This document shows positions 16,868 through 25,667 of a stretch of DNA of 59,298 bases, in pieces. Below the pieces are notes generated by a model, which did not search any database, had not been told where the DNA came from, and saw nothing but the letters and a program-made list of their open reading frames with translations. Within the stretch, counting starts at the first letter, position 1. The number at the start of each line of letters is the position of its first letter. The translations under genes were made by a program, and so were the position numbers. This stretch comes from a virus (taxonomy: Duplodnaviria; Caudoviricetes): IMG/VR virus record IMGVR_UViG_3300009508_000017, positions 1-59,298 of that record; one strand, 5' to 3'.

Positions 16868-18725
16868 CCCCAAACACTCAATAGTAATACAAGGAACACG
16901 ACAGTACGTAGAGGACGAGAGATTCGAATGTTATCTCTGTACCTTTGCTAATGATGATTTTACAGAAGGGGCTCACCCGAAAGACATAGATTGGTTTAAG
17001 TACCAAGACGCCACCTTCATTTGCCACAACGCTTCGTTCGATGAAGCAGTGTTTATATCCATGGTTGAGAGGGGTATAGTACCAAAGATAAGAGTTACTT
17101 TTATCTGTTCAGCAGATATGACTACCTATTTCCAATTGCCCAGAGCCCTAGCCCAAGCGGTCAAAGTCGTATTCAAACACGACATGCCCAAAGAGATGAG
17201 GAATTGGATGAAGGGAAAGACATGGCAGGATGCTGTGGATGCAGGGAAAGACGAGGAGCTGATGAAGTATGGTATCGACGATGTCATATGGACATGGAAG
17301 TTGTACAAAAAACTGTACAAGAAGTGGCCGGAGATGGAGAGAAGACTTTCTACAATAAATCGTGAGATGTGTTGGGAAGGCCTCCCTATTGACGTGCCTG
17401 CTTTGAGAAAAGCTCTCAAGAAGATGGACAAGCAGATATGGGAGATCACTCAGAGGATGCCCTGGCACGATCAGGTAGACCCCGACACAAAGAAACCCTA
17501 TGCCTTGACTGGTAAGAAAGGTCTTAACACTTACCTACAGAAGGAAGGGCTCCCAGTTATTAAGTCCACAGCAAAAGATTCAACCGAGTGCGATGAGTGG
17601 ATAAACGATTTTGGTATCAGGTGTTCTTATGTATCTGATTTTCAGACCTTGGTGAGGATTAAGAAACACCACGCTACTCTCAGGAAGCTGATGGACAGAG
17701 TGGACGACAGGTTTCGATTCTCGTATTCGCTATTGCAATACGGTGTCCCCTCGACTCAGCGTTGGAAAGGTGCTGGAGGTTGGAATGTTCAGAACGCTTT
17801 TCCAAAGGAAGTTAAATATGGAGTAGACATCCGTGCCATGGTAAGAGCTCCCAAGGGGTACAAACTTATAGTCTCTGATCTCGGAAACATTGAACCTCGC
17901 TGTGCTGCAATGATCTGTGGCGACGCCGAGGCTTTGGCTGCTTACTTTAAAGGCTCGAATCCTTATCAATACCATGCTGAGGAAACCATGAACTGGACGG
18001 GAGGAGAGGTCAAAAAAGAAGACCCCCTACTCTACAGTTTGGCGAAAGAGAGGGTGCTCTCTCTAGGGTACGGCGTTGGTTGGGTTAAGTTTTTAGATCG
18101 GGCCAGACAGTTTGGTTTTGGTGGAGTGTTTGACAGAGAGTATGACAAGTTTGACGAGAACAACTTTATACGCTTTCTAGAAAACGTACCTAGTCAAAAC
18201 CACATAGTCGACATGTTTGACGTGGCAGACGAATATGAGAAGAGGTGCATGGTCAATGCTTGGTTCCAAGTAATGGATTATAGAAAGAAGTCTCCTCTAA
18301 TCACGGCACTTTGGAAGGAGCACTCGGAGAACTATGCCAAGGCTTCCTCTTCAGACAAGACTTACGAGATCCCACTACTTAGTGGAAGGTCAATCAAGTT
18401 TTTTAAACCAAGGGGAGAGTTGCAGGGAATTTCAAGCAAGCATGTAGAGGGTGGTAAAGACCGTCGTCGTGAGTACGGCGCGTCTCTTTATCAGAAGTCA
18501 GTACAAGCCACTGCTCGTGATGTTTTTGCCTTCCATTTGGATCGCTTGCACGAGGAAGGCATTAAGGTTATCATGCATGTCCATGATGAAATTGTTGCTG
18601 AAGTGAAAGAGGATGAAGTAGAAGAGAAAGCAAAGCTAATTGAGGAAGTAATGACCACCTCTCCACCTTGGGGCAAGCTTCCATTAGCATCTGACTGCGT
18701 AATTGCGGATAAATATTTTAAATAA
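16806..18725 (+). CDS. polA: Family A DNA polymerase with 3'-5' exonuclease
   Basis: Exo I DTET, Exo II HNASFD, Exo III YGIDD; motif A SDLGNIEPR, motif B AKERVLSLGYG, motif C HVHDEIV. Confidence 0.95.
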   Translation: MTKKTKKKPIVCAFDTETEYDPKHSIVIQGTRQYVEDERFECYLCTFANDDFTEGAHPKDIDWFKYQDATFICHNASFDEAVFISMVERGIVPKIRVTFICSADMTTYFQLPRALAQAVKVVFKHDMPKEMRNWMKGKTWQDAVDAGKDEELMKYGIDDVIWTWKLYKKLYKKWPEMERRLSTINREMCWEGLPIDVPALRKALKKMDKQIWEITQRMPWHDQVDPDTKKPYALTGKKGLNTYLQKEGLPVIKSTAKDSTECDEWINDFGIRCSYVSDFQTLVRIKKHHATLRKLMDRVDDRFRFSYSLLQYGVPSTQRWKGAGGWNVQNAFPKEVKYGVDIRAMVRAPKGYKLIVSDLGNIEPRCAAMICGDAEALAAYFKGSNPYQYHAEETMNWTGGEVKKEDPLLYSLAKERVLSLGYGVGWVKFLDRARQFGFGGVFDREYDKFDENNFIRFLENVPSQNHIVDMFDVADEYEKRCMVNAWFQVMDYRKKSPLITALWKEHSENYAKASSSDKTYEIPLLSGRSIKFFKPRGELQGISSKHVEGGKDRRREYGASLYQKSVQATARDVFAFHLDRLHEEGIKVIMHVHDEIVAEVKEDEVEEKAKLIEEVMTTSPPWGKLPLASDCVIADKYFK

Positions 18726-18765
18726 ATTAATAAATGTATAACAAACTCGAACAGAAGAAAACGAT

Positions 18766-19335
18766 ATGATGATTGGATTAGTGGGAAAAGCAAGAAGTGG
18801 CAAGTCAAGTGTAGCAAACGTGTTGGTAAGAGAGTACGGCTATTTACAATACGCTATGGCAGGTGCAATAAGAAAAGGAATATTAGCAGCTCTACCTTAT
18901 GTGGAAGCTAACTATTTACATGAGGATAAGGAAGAAATTATTCCGTTGTTGGGGGTTACTGGAAGGAAACTACTACAGAGCTTCGGACATAATTGGGGGA
19001 GAGCAAATAATGAAGACACTTGGGTCAACGCTCTTAGTTTTGAATTAGACTTAATGAAGGTCGATCACCGCAAGGTAGTGATTGACGACATACGGTACGA
19101 GAATGAGGTCGATTGGATAAAAAGTAAGGGAGGTATGATTATTGGGGTTGATAGACCCTTCTTAGAAGACGAAGGGAGTTCTTGCTGGCGCACTCACCCC
19201 TCAGAAGCAGGCATAGATCCTACAAAAATTGATCACTGGGTAGCCAACATCTCACCGATAACTACTGACCTAGAATGTGCCGTAAGAGCCGTGATGGAAC
19301 GCCTACTCGATCCCGAGCTTGAGGTGGTTCAATAA
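18766..19335 (+). CDS. Deoxynucleoside monophosphate kinase
   Basis: GLVGKARSGKS, RKLLQSFG, IDDIRYENE and HPSE motifs. Confidence 0.9.
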   Translation: MMIGLVGKARSGKSSVANVLVREYGYLQYAMAGAIRKGILAALPYVEANYLHEDKEEIIPLLGVTGRKLLQSFGHNWGRANNEDTWVNALSFELDLMKVDHRKVVIDDIRYENEVDWIKSKGGMIIGVDRPFLEDEGSSCWRTHPSEAGIDPTKIDHWVANISPITTDLECAVRAVMERLLDPELEVVQ

Positions 19336-21437
19336 TGGTTTTTACGATAGATAATTTAAGAGGTCAGGTAGTCACTCCCAAAGAGCCGTGGAGTATATGG
19401 CAAGATTTTAAAGTACCTGAGTTTGACGACCCACTGAAATTGAAAAAGTGGGCTAATCAAAAAGAGACTAAGTACCTTGCCTATTCGACGTTTTCTGGAG
19501 GCGACGAAGCACAGAGAGTAAAGTCTGGAAACACTGCTACTCGTATGATGGGTGTGGTTGCTGACTACGATTGCGAGCTAGACTCTGACGAGTTTAAGAA
19601 ATGCTTAGACAGAGCGATGGATCTCGACCACTCACCGCAGTGGATCAGTAGGTCTTGCAGTGGTGGACTGCACGTGTTGTGGTTCTTCGAAGTCCCTGTT
19701 CTATGTCACACAAACGACGGCACCATCAGGTTCCTCAAGAGATTGGGTAAGGAAATAAAAGCTGATAGTATTGCACCGTCTATGGACTGGGGAGCATTCT
19801 TAGATCCTAGTAAATATTATTTATTAGGGCACGACTGGGTTCAGATTTCAAAAGAAACCGTGAGCACAAAGGAATTACACCTATGGCAATATGAATCTAG
19901 CGTTACCTCGGATTTCCAAAAAGAGGCCACAGAGATTCCATTAGAGGTAGTAAAACAGGAAGTGGATCGGCAATATCCAGGACAATGGAGAGGTGCTTTT
20001 GAGGAACGCTCGAGAGGTAAGAGGTTTTGGGACTCAGGTGCTAGTAACGAAAGTGCAGCTGTTGTATTCAAGACTGGCATTAGATGTTTCACAGGACCTC
20101 AGCCATTTGTTTCATGGAAGGAGATATTAGGTAATAAATTTGTCTCTAAATTTGAGTCAGATCGCATAGGAGCTGCTATAGAAAAATACCACTTTGACGG
20201 GCAGAACTATTTGGTTAGAAAAGATGATGGGGGTTACACGATCGCTGGTCCTAGGGAAGCACAGCTAGCGCTCAGAGCAGACCACGGGCTTAAGAAAACA
20301 GCAGACAAGGGTGATAATCTCTCAGAACTGGAGAAGGGTCTTAATCTTATCCACAAAGAAAAGAGAGTAAAAGCTGGCTTGCCTTTCTCAATGAGGAAAG
20401 AGCGTATAATAAAGTACGAAGGTAACTTTTATTTTAACACATCAATTGTTAAATGTCTCGAGCCACACCCTGAGCCCTGCGCCTGGGGTGAAGGATTCCC
20501 AAAAATTGCCCATTGGTTTGAGGTCATCTTTGGAGAGCAGTTGAAGCATCAACTAAGCTGGTTACATTATGCGTACGCAAATGCGTACAAAGGTAAGCCT
20601 AAGAAGGGGCAAGCACAATTCCTTGTCGGAGGTGTGGATACTGGTAAGACTTTATACAACCAGCATTTACTTCCTCACATCTTTGGAGGACAGCAACCGG
20701 CTTCAGCTTATCTCACTGGAAAGAGTGATAATTTCAACGACTATATGTTCGAGAAATATCTGTGGACGATCGATGATACAACTCCTACAGCCAGTCGTGC
20801 TTTTAGAAACACCTTTACAGGTAAGATCAAAGAGCATGTGGCCAACAGTGAGTTTTTAATGAACGGAAAGAACAAGCAACCTGGACGGGCTCAGTGGTTA
20901 GGTAGAATATCAATCACGCTCAATGATGACTCTACCAATCTTAGAATCTTGCCAGATCTTGACATGTCAATTCGTGACAAGCTGATGATTTACAAGATGA
21001 CAAAGTACGAAGAATTCACTGAGGAATTCTTGGATCAGGTCATGGCTGAAGCTCCTTGTTTTTGCAGATACCTACTTGATTACAAGATACCTGACGAACT
21101 GTTCGACCTACGTTTCGGAGTCAAAGCTTACATAGACAAGTCAATAGAAGAAGTCGTATCCGCAGACAGTCAATGGTCAGCAGTTGCCGATTTACTGAGG
21201 ATCTTTAAGGAAGTTTACTACGACAAGAACAATTCCGAGGAGACCGACTGGGCTGGAACACCTTCAGACCTATTATTGAGACTCTCTAAGATTGAAAAGG
21301 CTCAGATCCTAATTAAGGACATGACCCCTAACCGATTGGGTTGGGGCTTGAGACACCTAGAAAAAGCAGGCTGCGACTGGATAGGACGTAGTTGTAAAAA
21401 AGGCAAGAACGAGTGGGTGATAAAGAAAGCCATATAG
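19335..21437 (+). CDS. Primase-helicase (AEP-like N-terminus, SF3/DUF5906-like helicase)
   Basis: ADYD and SCSGGLHVLW primase motifs; GGVDTGKT Walker A; TIDD Walker B. Confidence 0.85.
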   Translation: MVFTIDNLRGQVVTPKEPWSIWQDFKVPEFDDPLKLKKWANQKETKYLAYSTFSGGDEAQRVKSGNTATRMMGVVADYDCELDSDEFKKCLDRAMDLDHSPQWISRSCSGGLHVLWFFEVPVLCHTNDGTIRFLKRLGKEIKADSIAPSMDWGAFLDPSKYYLLGHDWVQISKETVSTKELHLWQYESSVTSDFQKEATEIPLEVVKQEVDRQYPGQWRGAFEERSRGKRFWDSGASNESAAVVFKTGIRCFTGPQPFVSWKEILGNKFVSKFESDRIGAAIEKYHFDGQNYLVRKDDGGYTIAGPREAQLALRADHGLKKTADKGDNLSELEKGLNLIHKEKRVKAGLPFSMRKERIIKYEGNFYFNTSIVKCLEPHPEPCAWGEGFPKIAHWFEVIFGEQLKHQLSWLHYAYANAYKGKPKKGQAQFLVGGVDTGKTLYNQHLLPHIFGGQQPASAYLTGKSDNFNDYMFEKYLWTIDDTTPTASRAFRNTFTGKIKEHVANSEFLMNGKNKQPGRAQWLGRISITLNDDSTNLRILPDLDMSIRDKLMIYKMTKYEEFTEEFLDQVMAEAPCFCRYLLDYKIPDELFDLRFGVKAYIDKSIEEVVSADSQWSAVADLLRIFKEVYYDKNNSEETDWAGTPSDLLLRLSKIEKAQILIKDMTPNRLGWGLRHLEKAGCDWIGRSCKKGKNEWVIKKAI

Positions 21438-21856
21438 TAAATATCTCTCACAATTTAATTCAAGGTGTAAGATACGAGCATCTTTTCGTAGCCGAAGCCT
21501 TAGGAAAAGAAATGGTACCGTCTCAACCGGTCGTTGCCATGCCCTGGGATTATCTAGTAACTCGGCTAGATAATCTCCAGACATTACGGGTACAAGTAAA
21601 AGGAACGAGGTGTCAGTTAAAAAACAACGGTTGCACTCGTTTTCAAATAACTGCAAAAACAGGTAGTTCTAAAACAGAAATGGTAGACTCGAGGGTAGTG
21701 GATGTCCTTAGTTGCTACGTAGAACCTTACAAGTGTTGGTACAATATTCCAATGACTGCATTGAAGGGAAAGGCAATCTGGCTTTATCCACAAAATAACT
21801 CTAGCAAAGGCCAATATGAATGTTGGCGCCATGACTGGTCATTTTTTAGAACTTAA
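21413..21856 (+). CDS. PD-(D/E)XK endonuclease (group I intron-associated type)
   Basis: G.RYE...PWDYLV...RVQVKGT...WYNIP. Confidence 0.8.
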   Translation: MGDKESHIVNISHNLIQGVRYEHLFVAEALGKEMVPSQPVVAMPWDYLVTRLDNLQTLRVQVKGTRCQLKNNGCTRFQITAKTGSSKTEMVDSRVVDVLSCYVEPYKCWYNIPMTALKGKAIWLYPQNNSSKGQYECWRHDWSFFRT

Positions 21857-22989
21857 GCCCAGCGCTTAATTATCTTATCTGACAGTATGATATCTGCGTA
21901 ACTGTCGCTAGTAGTCTGAGGATTTGAATGCCTCAAACATTTCTGAGCTTTATACAGCGAATCAGTTGTCGCTAAAAAAGCACCATAGAGTTTACGACAT
22001 TCGTGTAATGGTGAATTCCTCGTCCAGCCCAAAGCCCTAAGATCAGCGATCAGAGGTTCGAAGGCAGTGTCTATTGTCTTAAAAGTATCGAGATTACAGT
22101 TAATAAGGTAGTCGATTCCGTCTGCTCTAGCATAAACTCTTTGAGCCCATTTTGCTGTTAGATGGGTAGACCCCGACTTCCCTTTTGGATCAAACTTTTT
22201 ATCGGGTTTAATTTTTATTATGTTCTGTTCATCTCCCGACAGATCAAACCATTCTCTACGGCAGTGAGCGATCTCACTCCTTCTCATACCTCCATGCAAA
22301 GCTAGAGCCAACATGGTAAATTTAACATTACACTTTAAATTTGCAAGGTAGTCGTGCGTATCAAGAATTAACTTTTCGGAAGGCAGTGTGTAGAAAATCT
22401 GTACCTTTTTAAACTTCTTAAGTGCTTGCATGTTTGGAACCCAGCTCATGTCTAAGTCTTTATAAATAGGCATTGCTTCTTCGGACACCAGAGACCTTGC
22501 ATTAGTAAGTACAGAATTGATTGTTCGTTTCCTTGCAAGGATGTCTTCTTCTTCTTCAACACCGTCAAGCATCTTCCTAGTGTAAGAAACATAGCAAGCG
22601 TTCCAGTTGATTGCACAGCTGGGGTTTTTCTTACCCAGACCCACCTTCACTAATCGTCTTATGGCGCTTGCATATGAAGAGACAGTCCTAGGTTTTTTTT
22701 CAAGGATGTCCTTATTTGCTTCAAAAACTTTAATTAACTCCTCTACAGTAGGAACGTTTCCATAGTGGATTTTATTAGGATTAAACTTGGCAACCGCGTC
22801 TTCTATTTTGTTGAAGACACAGAACGCATCTATTTGATCTGCTAATGTTTTTGCAGTAGATAGCAGAGGTCCTAAATTGAAATAATATTGTTTTCCGTTT
22901 TTCTTTTTTCTAAAGTTCCAGTATTTTTGATCTTCACTGGTTTTAAATATTCTATTGTTCCTTGGAGTGGTCTTTCTTATGTAACCCAT
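21853..22989 (-). CDS. int: Tyrosine integrase
   Basis: GMRRSEI (R), KGK (K), LHECRK (HxxR), LRHS (H) and SYAD (Y); N-terminal arm-binding-like domain; adjacent attP. Confidence 0.92.
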   Translation of the reverse strand: MGYIRKTTPRNNRIFKTSEDQKYWNFRKKKNGKQYYFNLGPLLSTAKTLADQIDAFCVFNKIEDAVAKFNPNKIHYGNVPTVEELIKVFEANKDILEKKPRTVSSYASAIRRLVKVGLGKKNPSCAINWNACYVSYTRKMLDGVEEEEDILARKRTINSVLTNARSLVSEEAMPIYKDLDMSWVPNMQALKKFKKVQIFYTLPSEKLILDTHDYLANLKCNVKFTMLALALHGGMRRSEIAHCRREWFDLSGDEQNIIKIKPDKKFDPKGKSGSTHLTAKWAQRVYARADGIDYLINCNLDTFKTIDTAFEPLIADLRALGWTRNSPLHECRKLYGAFLATTDSLYKAQKCLRHSNPQTTSDSYADIILSDKIIKRWA

Positions 22990-23093
22990 TATTAACTCTT
23001 TTACGTTATACAGTAATAGACCATATTGGCCAATATACTTTAATTGTCAACTCCTTAGCGTATAACAACACTATATATTGTGGTATCATATCA

Positions 23094-23150
23094 GACTGTA
23101 AATCCGCCCGCTTCGCGCGTTCGTCGGTTCGAATCCGACCCCTACCACCA
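23094..23150 (+). other. attP: 3' half of tRNA-Tyr(GUA)
   Basis: GA-CTGTAAA-TCCGC, long variable arm, T-arm GTCGG-TTCGAAT-CCGAC, acceptor 3' strand CCCTACC-A-CCA. The 5' half is missing. Confidence 0.9.
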
Positions 23151-23253
23151 TTCTTTAAGTCTTGTTAATTAATGACTTGCAGTAAGGGTGACATTGTTAT
23201 ACATTAAGTTATACGTTATTTAAATAACCCTTTTGTAACCTTTAAATTTAAGT

Positions 23254-23505
23254 ATGAAAGATTGGCTAGATACTCAGAACAGAATAGAAAAAGACCTATT
23301 AATAGAGTTAGGCAGGCAGTGTAGAGACCTACTTGACCTATTAATGCCTCAAATTAGATTGGCTGCTTTAGAGAACGATAATAAAACCTCGGTGACGATT
23401 AACCTAGACTTTGATTTAAGTTCTGGAGTTGCAGTTAAAGGGGAAGGCTCTGTTACTTTTCCGGCCAAAAAAGCCACTATTGAACTTGAGCTGTCTGAAG
23501 AGTGA
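23254..23505 (+). CDS. Hypothetical protein (83 aa)
   Basis: ORF right of attP, coupled to the next gene (GTGA). Confidence 0.7.
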   Translation: MKDWLDTQNRIEKDLLIELGRQCRDLLDLLMPQIRLAALENDNKTSVTINLDFDLSSGVAVKGEGSVTFPAKKATIELELSEE

Positions 23506-23846
23506 GTCGAGTTCTAAAAAAAATAGGTTTAACTAGGCAAGAGGTTCGTGACACGATTGGTTTTCCTCAAGAACCTTCTGTAGACGGGTGTCGAATTGTT
23601 ACTAATAATTATCTTTGCGGAACCGATCAAAAAAGAATACGTCGAAGGATGAAAGAATATACGCCATATGTTGTAGCAAGATATCTCGAAGGCTGGCATC
23701 CTGGAACGATATCCAGACTGTTAGGTGTTTCAGAAGAATCGGTCAGAGGTACTTTAAGGAAAACAAAGGTCTTTAATAAAAAGAAACCTGGACGTCCTCC
23801 TAAGTCAGAGTCTTCCCTTCAAGGAAGCCAATCGAAAGGTCGGTAA
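23502..23846 (+). CDS. HTH protein (candidate transcription regulator)
   Basis: YLEGWHPGTISRLLGVSEESVRGTLRK followed by PGRPPK. Confidence 0.7.
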   Translation: MSRVLKKIGLTRQEVRDTIGFPQEPSVDGCRIVTNNYLCGTDQKRIRRRMKEYTPYVVARYLEGWHPGTISRLLGVSEESVRGTLRKTKVFNKKKPGRPPKSESSLQGSQSKGR

Positions 23847-25530
23847 GCACCCAGTCGTAATCTACATGGCTAGCTATGTAGATCCGAACCCTTACTCTCC
23901 TACTCCTTAGGTTCATAAAAGTTTTTATTTGTTCTTTACCAAATAGAGTTCCTCGAGCCCGTCCTTTAATTAAAGAACCTTCTCCTTGAGCGTAAACCCA
24001 AACATGCCCGTAAGAACCTCCTTGAAAAGTTAGCCCGATTTCATGAATCTGTTTTACTAAATGTGGGCCTCCTAAATCTTCGTAAGAAGTCTCTATTACT
24101 GAAAGGTAAGAGTTTTCGAAATAGATAGGATCGGTTTGTATTGTATTTCCAGGAGCGGAATCAGCCATAGCACTGCTGTAGGTTCTTCCGTTGGAGTTAA
24201 AGGAGTTACCAGACGGAGAGAAAGAAACACACATACCTCCAGGGTCTGTGTTGTCAGGACTTTCCCACGGATCGAAAAGAGGAGAGTCGAGCTCCCTAGC
24301 TTCTTTCATTTGCTCCATGTCGCATGATAGTAGTTGATTGTTTTCTGAAACTCCGAGTAATATTGAAGTGTCCCCTACTGATGTGACTGATGTGAGTCTT
24401 GGATATAAAACTGGTCCAGCTAAAGCGTTTTGTATGTCAGAGTAATAGAATCCTTGGAACCTACCTCCGTCATTCTCTTCTGACTCTTGTGCAGGCATGT
24501 AAAAATTATACAAACCACTAAAAGTTTCATACGCTGAGAAGGAACCTTCTATGTTTCGGTCTACGGTCTTATCCCAGAGCCCTTTGGCCTTTGCAGTGAC
24601 CTGTTCGACATCCGAAAAGCTGGGCTTGTTCTCTGGCCCACGTCTAGCGGAACTGTCTTTATATACCTGACCATCTACACCTAAATAATAAGGCTGTATG
24701 ATTGCAGACCCAGCCACGCAGTTTGGATTAATAGCACCTGAGTTAGCAGCAGCAGTGGTCTGCTCAACCCTAAAGCCAGTGCTCGCTTGCTGTGTTTCTG
24801 CTTGAAATAGTAAGACAACTCCAGCGTCCGTGTGTACGACAACATAGTTTTGATAAGTACTTAGAGCTGTAATCTTAGTAGCATTGGTTGCTAGAATATC
24901 AACAACAGACATTTGAGTAGAGTAGATACCTTCTTTTAAAGGGTCTTCTGTATTCGTAGGCTCTGATACATAAACTCTAAGTGGGTTCTCTGCATTTCCT
25001 GCTGCATAGATACATTTATTAAGACCTATGACAAACATGCTACAGTTTGGAAAAGGAGTGACTTCTAATTTATATATGTCTTCAATATCTGCTGAAAGGT
25101 CTTCTACGACCAACGGTCCAGCACCTTCTATTATTTTTTTTTGGTCTACCCCATTACCAACAATTGCTCTCCGTGACCCAACATCATTTATATAAGCTGG
25201 AGTGTCTACAGTAAGTACCGTATGTTGCATGCCAATTAAATCGCCCAATCTTGAAGGGACAGGGTTTTCATTTGTAAAAATCTTAGTGGAATTTACTATT
25301 CCATCCACTGAAGTGAATGCATACTTATTAAACTCATCGTCCTGTGCAGTTATTACGTGACTCCCCACCTCTGGTATTACCATGGGAAACACATTATCCC
25401 ACCTCGGTGCTGATCGCACAGAGCCCACTGCCCCGAGAACTGCACCTTCACACAAACGAAGCGTTCCTCTGTCTGTATCCTGCCGATGATTCTCTATTCC
25501 AGTAAATGTAGGTATTCTATAATGCTTCAC
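23800..25530 (-). CDS. Tail nozzle / packaged-DNA stabilisation protein-like (beta-propeller)
   Basis: N-terminal IPTFTGI, RVYVSEP, ITAL, and a C-terminal IETSYEDLGGP...K..RSRRVRVRI pattern typical of podovirus tubular protein B/gp10. Confidence 0.7.
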   Translation of the reverse strand: MKHYRIPTFTGIENHRQDTDRGTLRLCEGAVLGAVGSVRSAPRWDNVFPMVIPEVGSHVITAQDDEFNKYAFTSVDGIVNSTKIFTNENPVPSRLGDLIGMQHTVLTVDTPAYINDVGSRRAIVGNGVDQKKIIEGAGPLVVEDLSADIEDIYKLEVTPFPNCSMFVIGLNKCIYAAGNAENPLRVYVSEPTNTEDPLKEGIYSTQMSVVDILATNATKITALSTYQNYVVVHTDAGVVLLFQAETQQASTGFRVEQTTAAANSGAINPNCVAGSAIIQPYYLGVDGQVYKDSSARRGPENKPSFSDVEQVTAKAKGLWDKTVDRNIEGSFSAYETFSGLYNFYMPAQESEENDGGRFQGFYYSDIQNALAGPVLYPRLTSVTSVGDTSILLGVSENNQLLSCDMEQMKEARELDSPLFDPWESPDNTDPGGMCVSFSPSGNSFNSNGRTYSSAMADSAPGNTIQTDPIYFENSYLSVIETSYEDLGGPHLVKQIHEIGLTFQGGSYGHVWVYAQGEGSLIKGRARGTLFGKEQIKTFMNLRSRRVRVRIYIASHVDYDWVLTDLSIGFLEGKTLT

Positions 25531-25667
25531 TTGTTTATCTTAGCTCCTTTCTTGTATGGTATCAATCGGTTGAGTATTTCCTGACGTTGCTTACACCCAC
25601 CACACGGCTTGATTCCAAGTTTATCCATTATTTTTTTAACGGTATCTCCTGCTCCTTTACTTTTCAT
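25527..25667 (-). CDS. Small CxxC protein (46 aa; not in ORF track)
   Basis: MKSKGAGDTVKKIMDKLGIKPCGGCKQRQEILNRLIPYKKGAKINK, coupled at both ends. Confidence 0.75.
   Translation of the reverse strand: MKSKGAGDTVKKIMDKLGIKPCGGCKQRQEILNRLIPYKKGAKINK

Noticed and set aside
21413-21856. Group I intron around the PD-(D/E)XK endonuclease
   Set aside because: The gene is free-standing and overlaps intact neighbours, leaving no room for intron core structure.
23060-23150. Complete tRNA-Tyr gene
   Set aside because: No 5' acceptor strand (GGTAGGG) or D-arm upstream, and the anticodon stem is only partly paired. Treated as attP.
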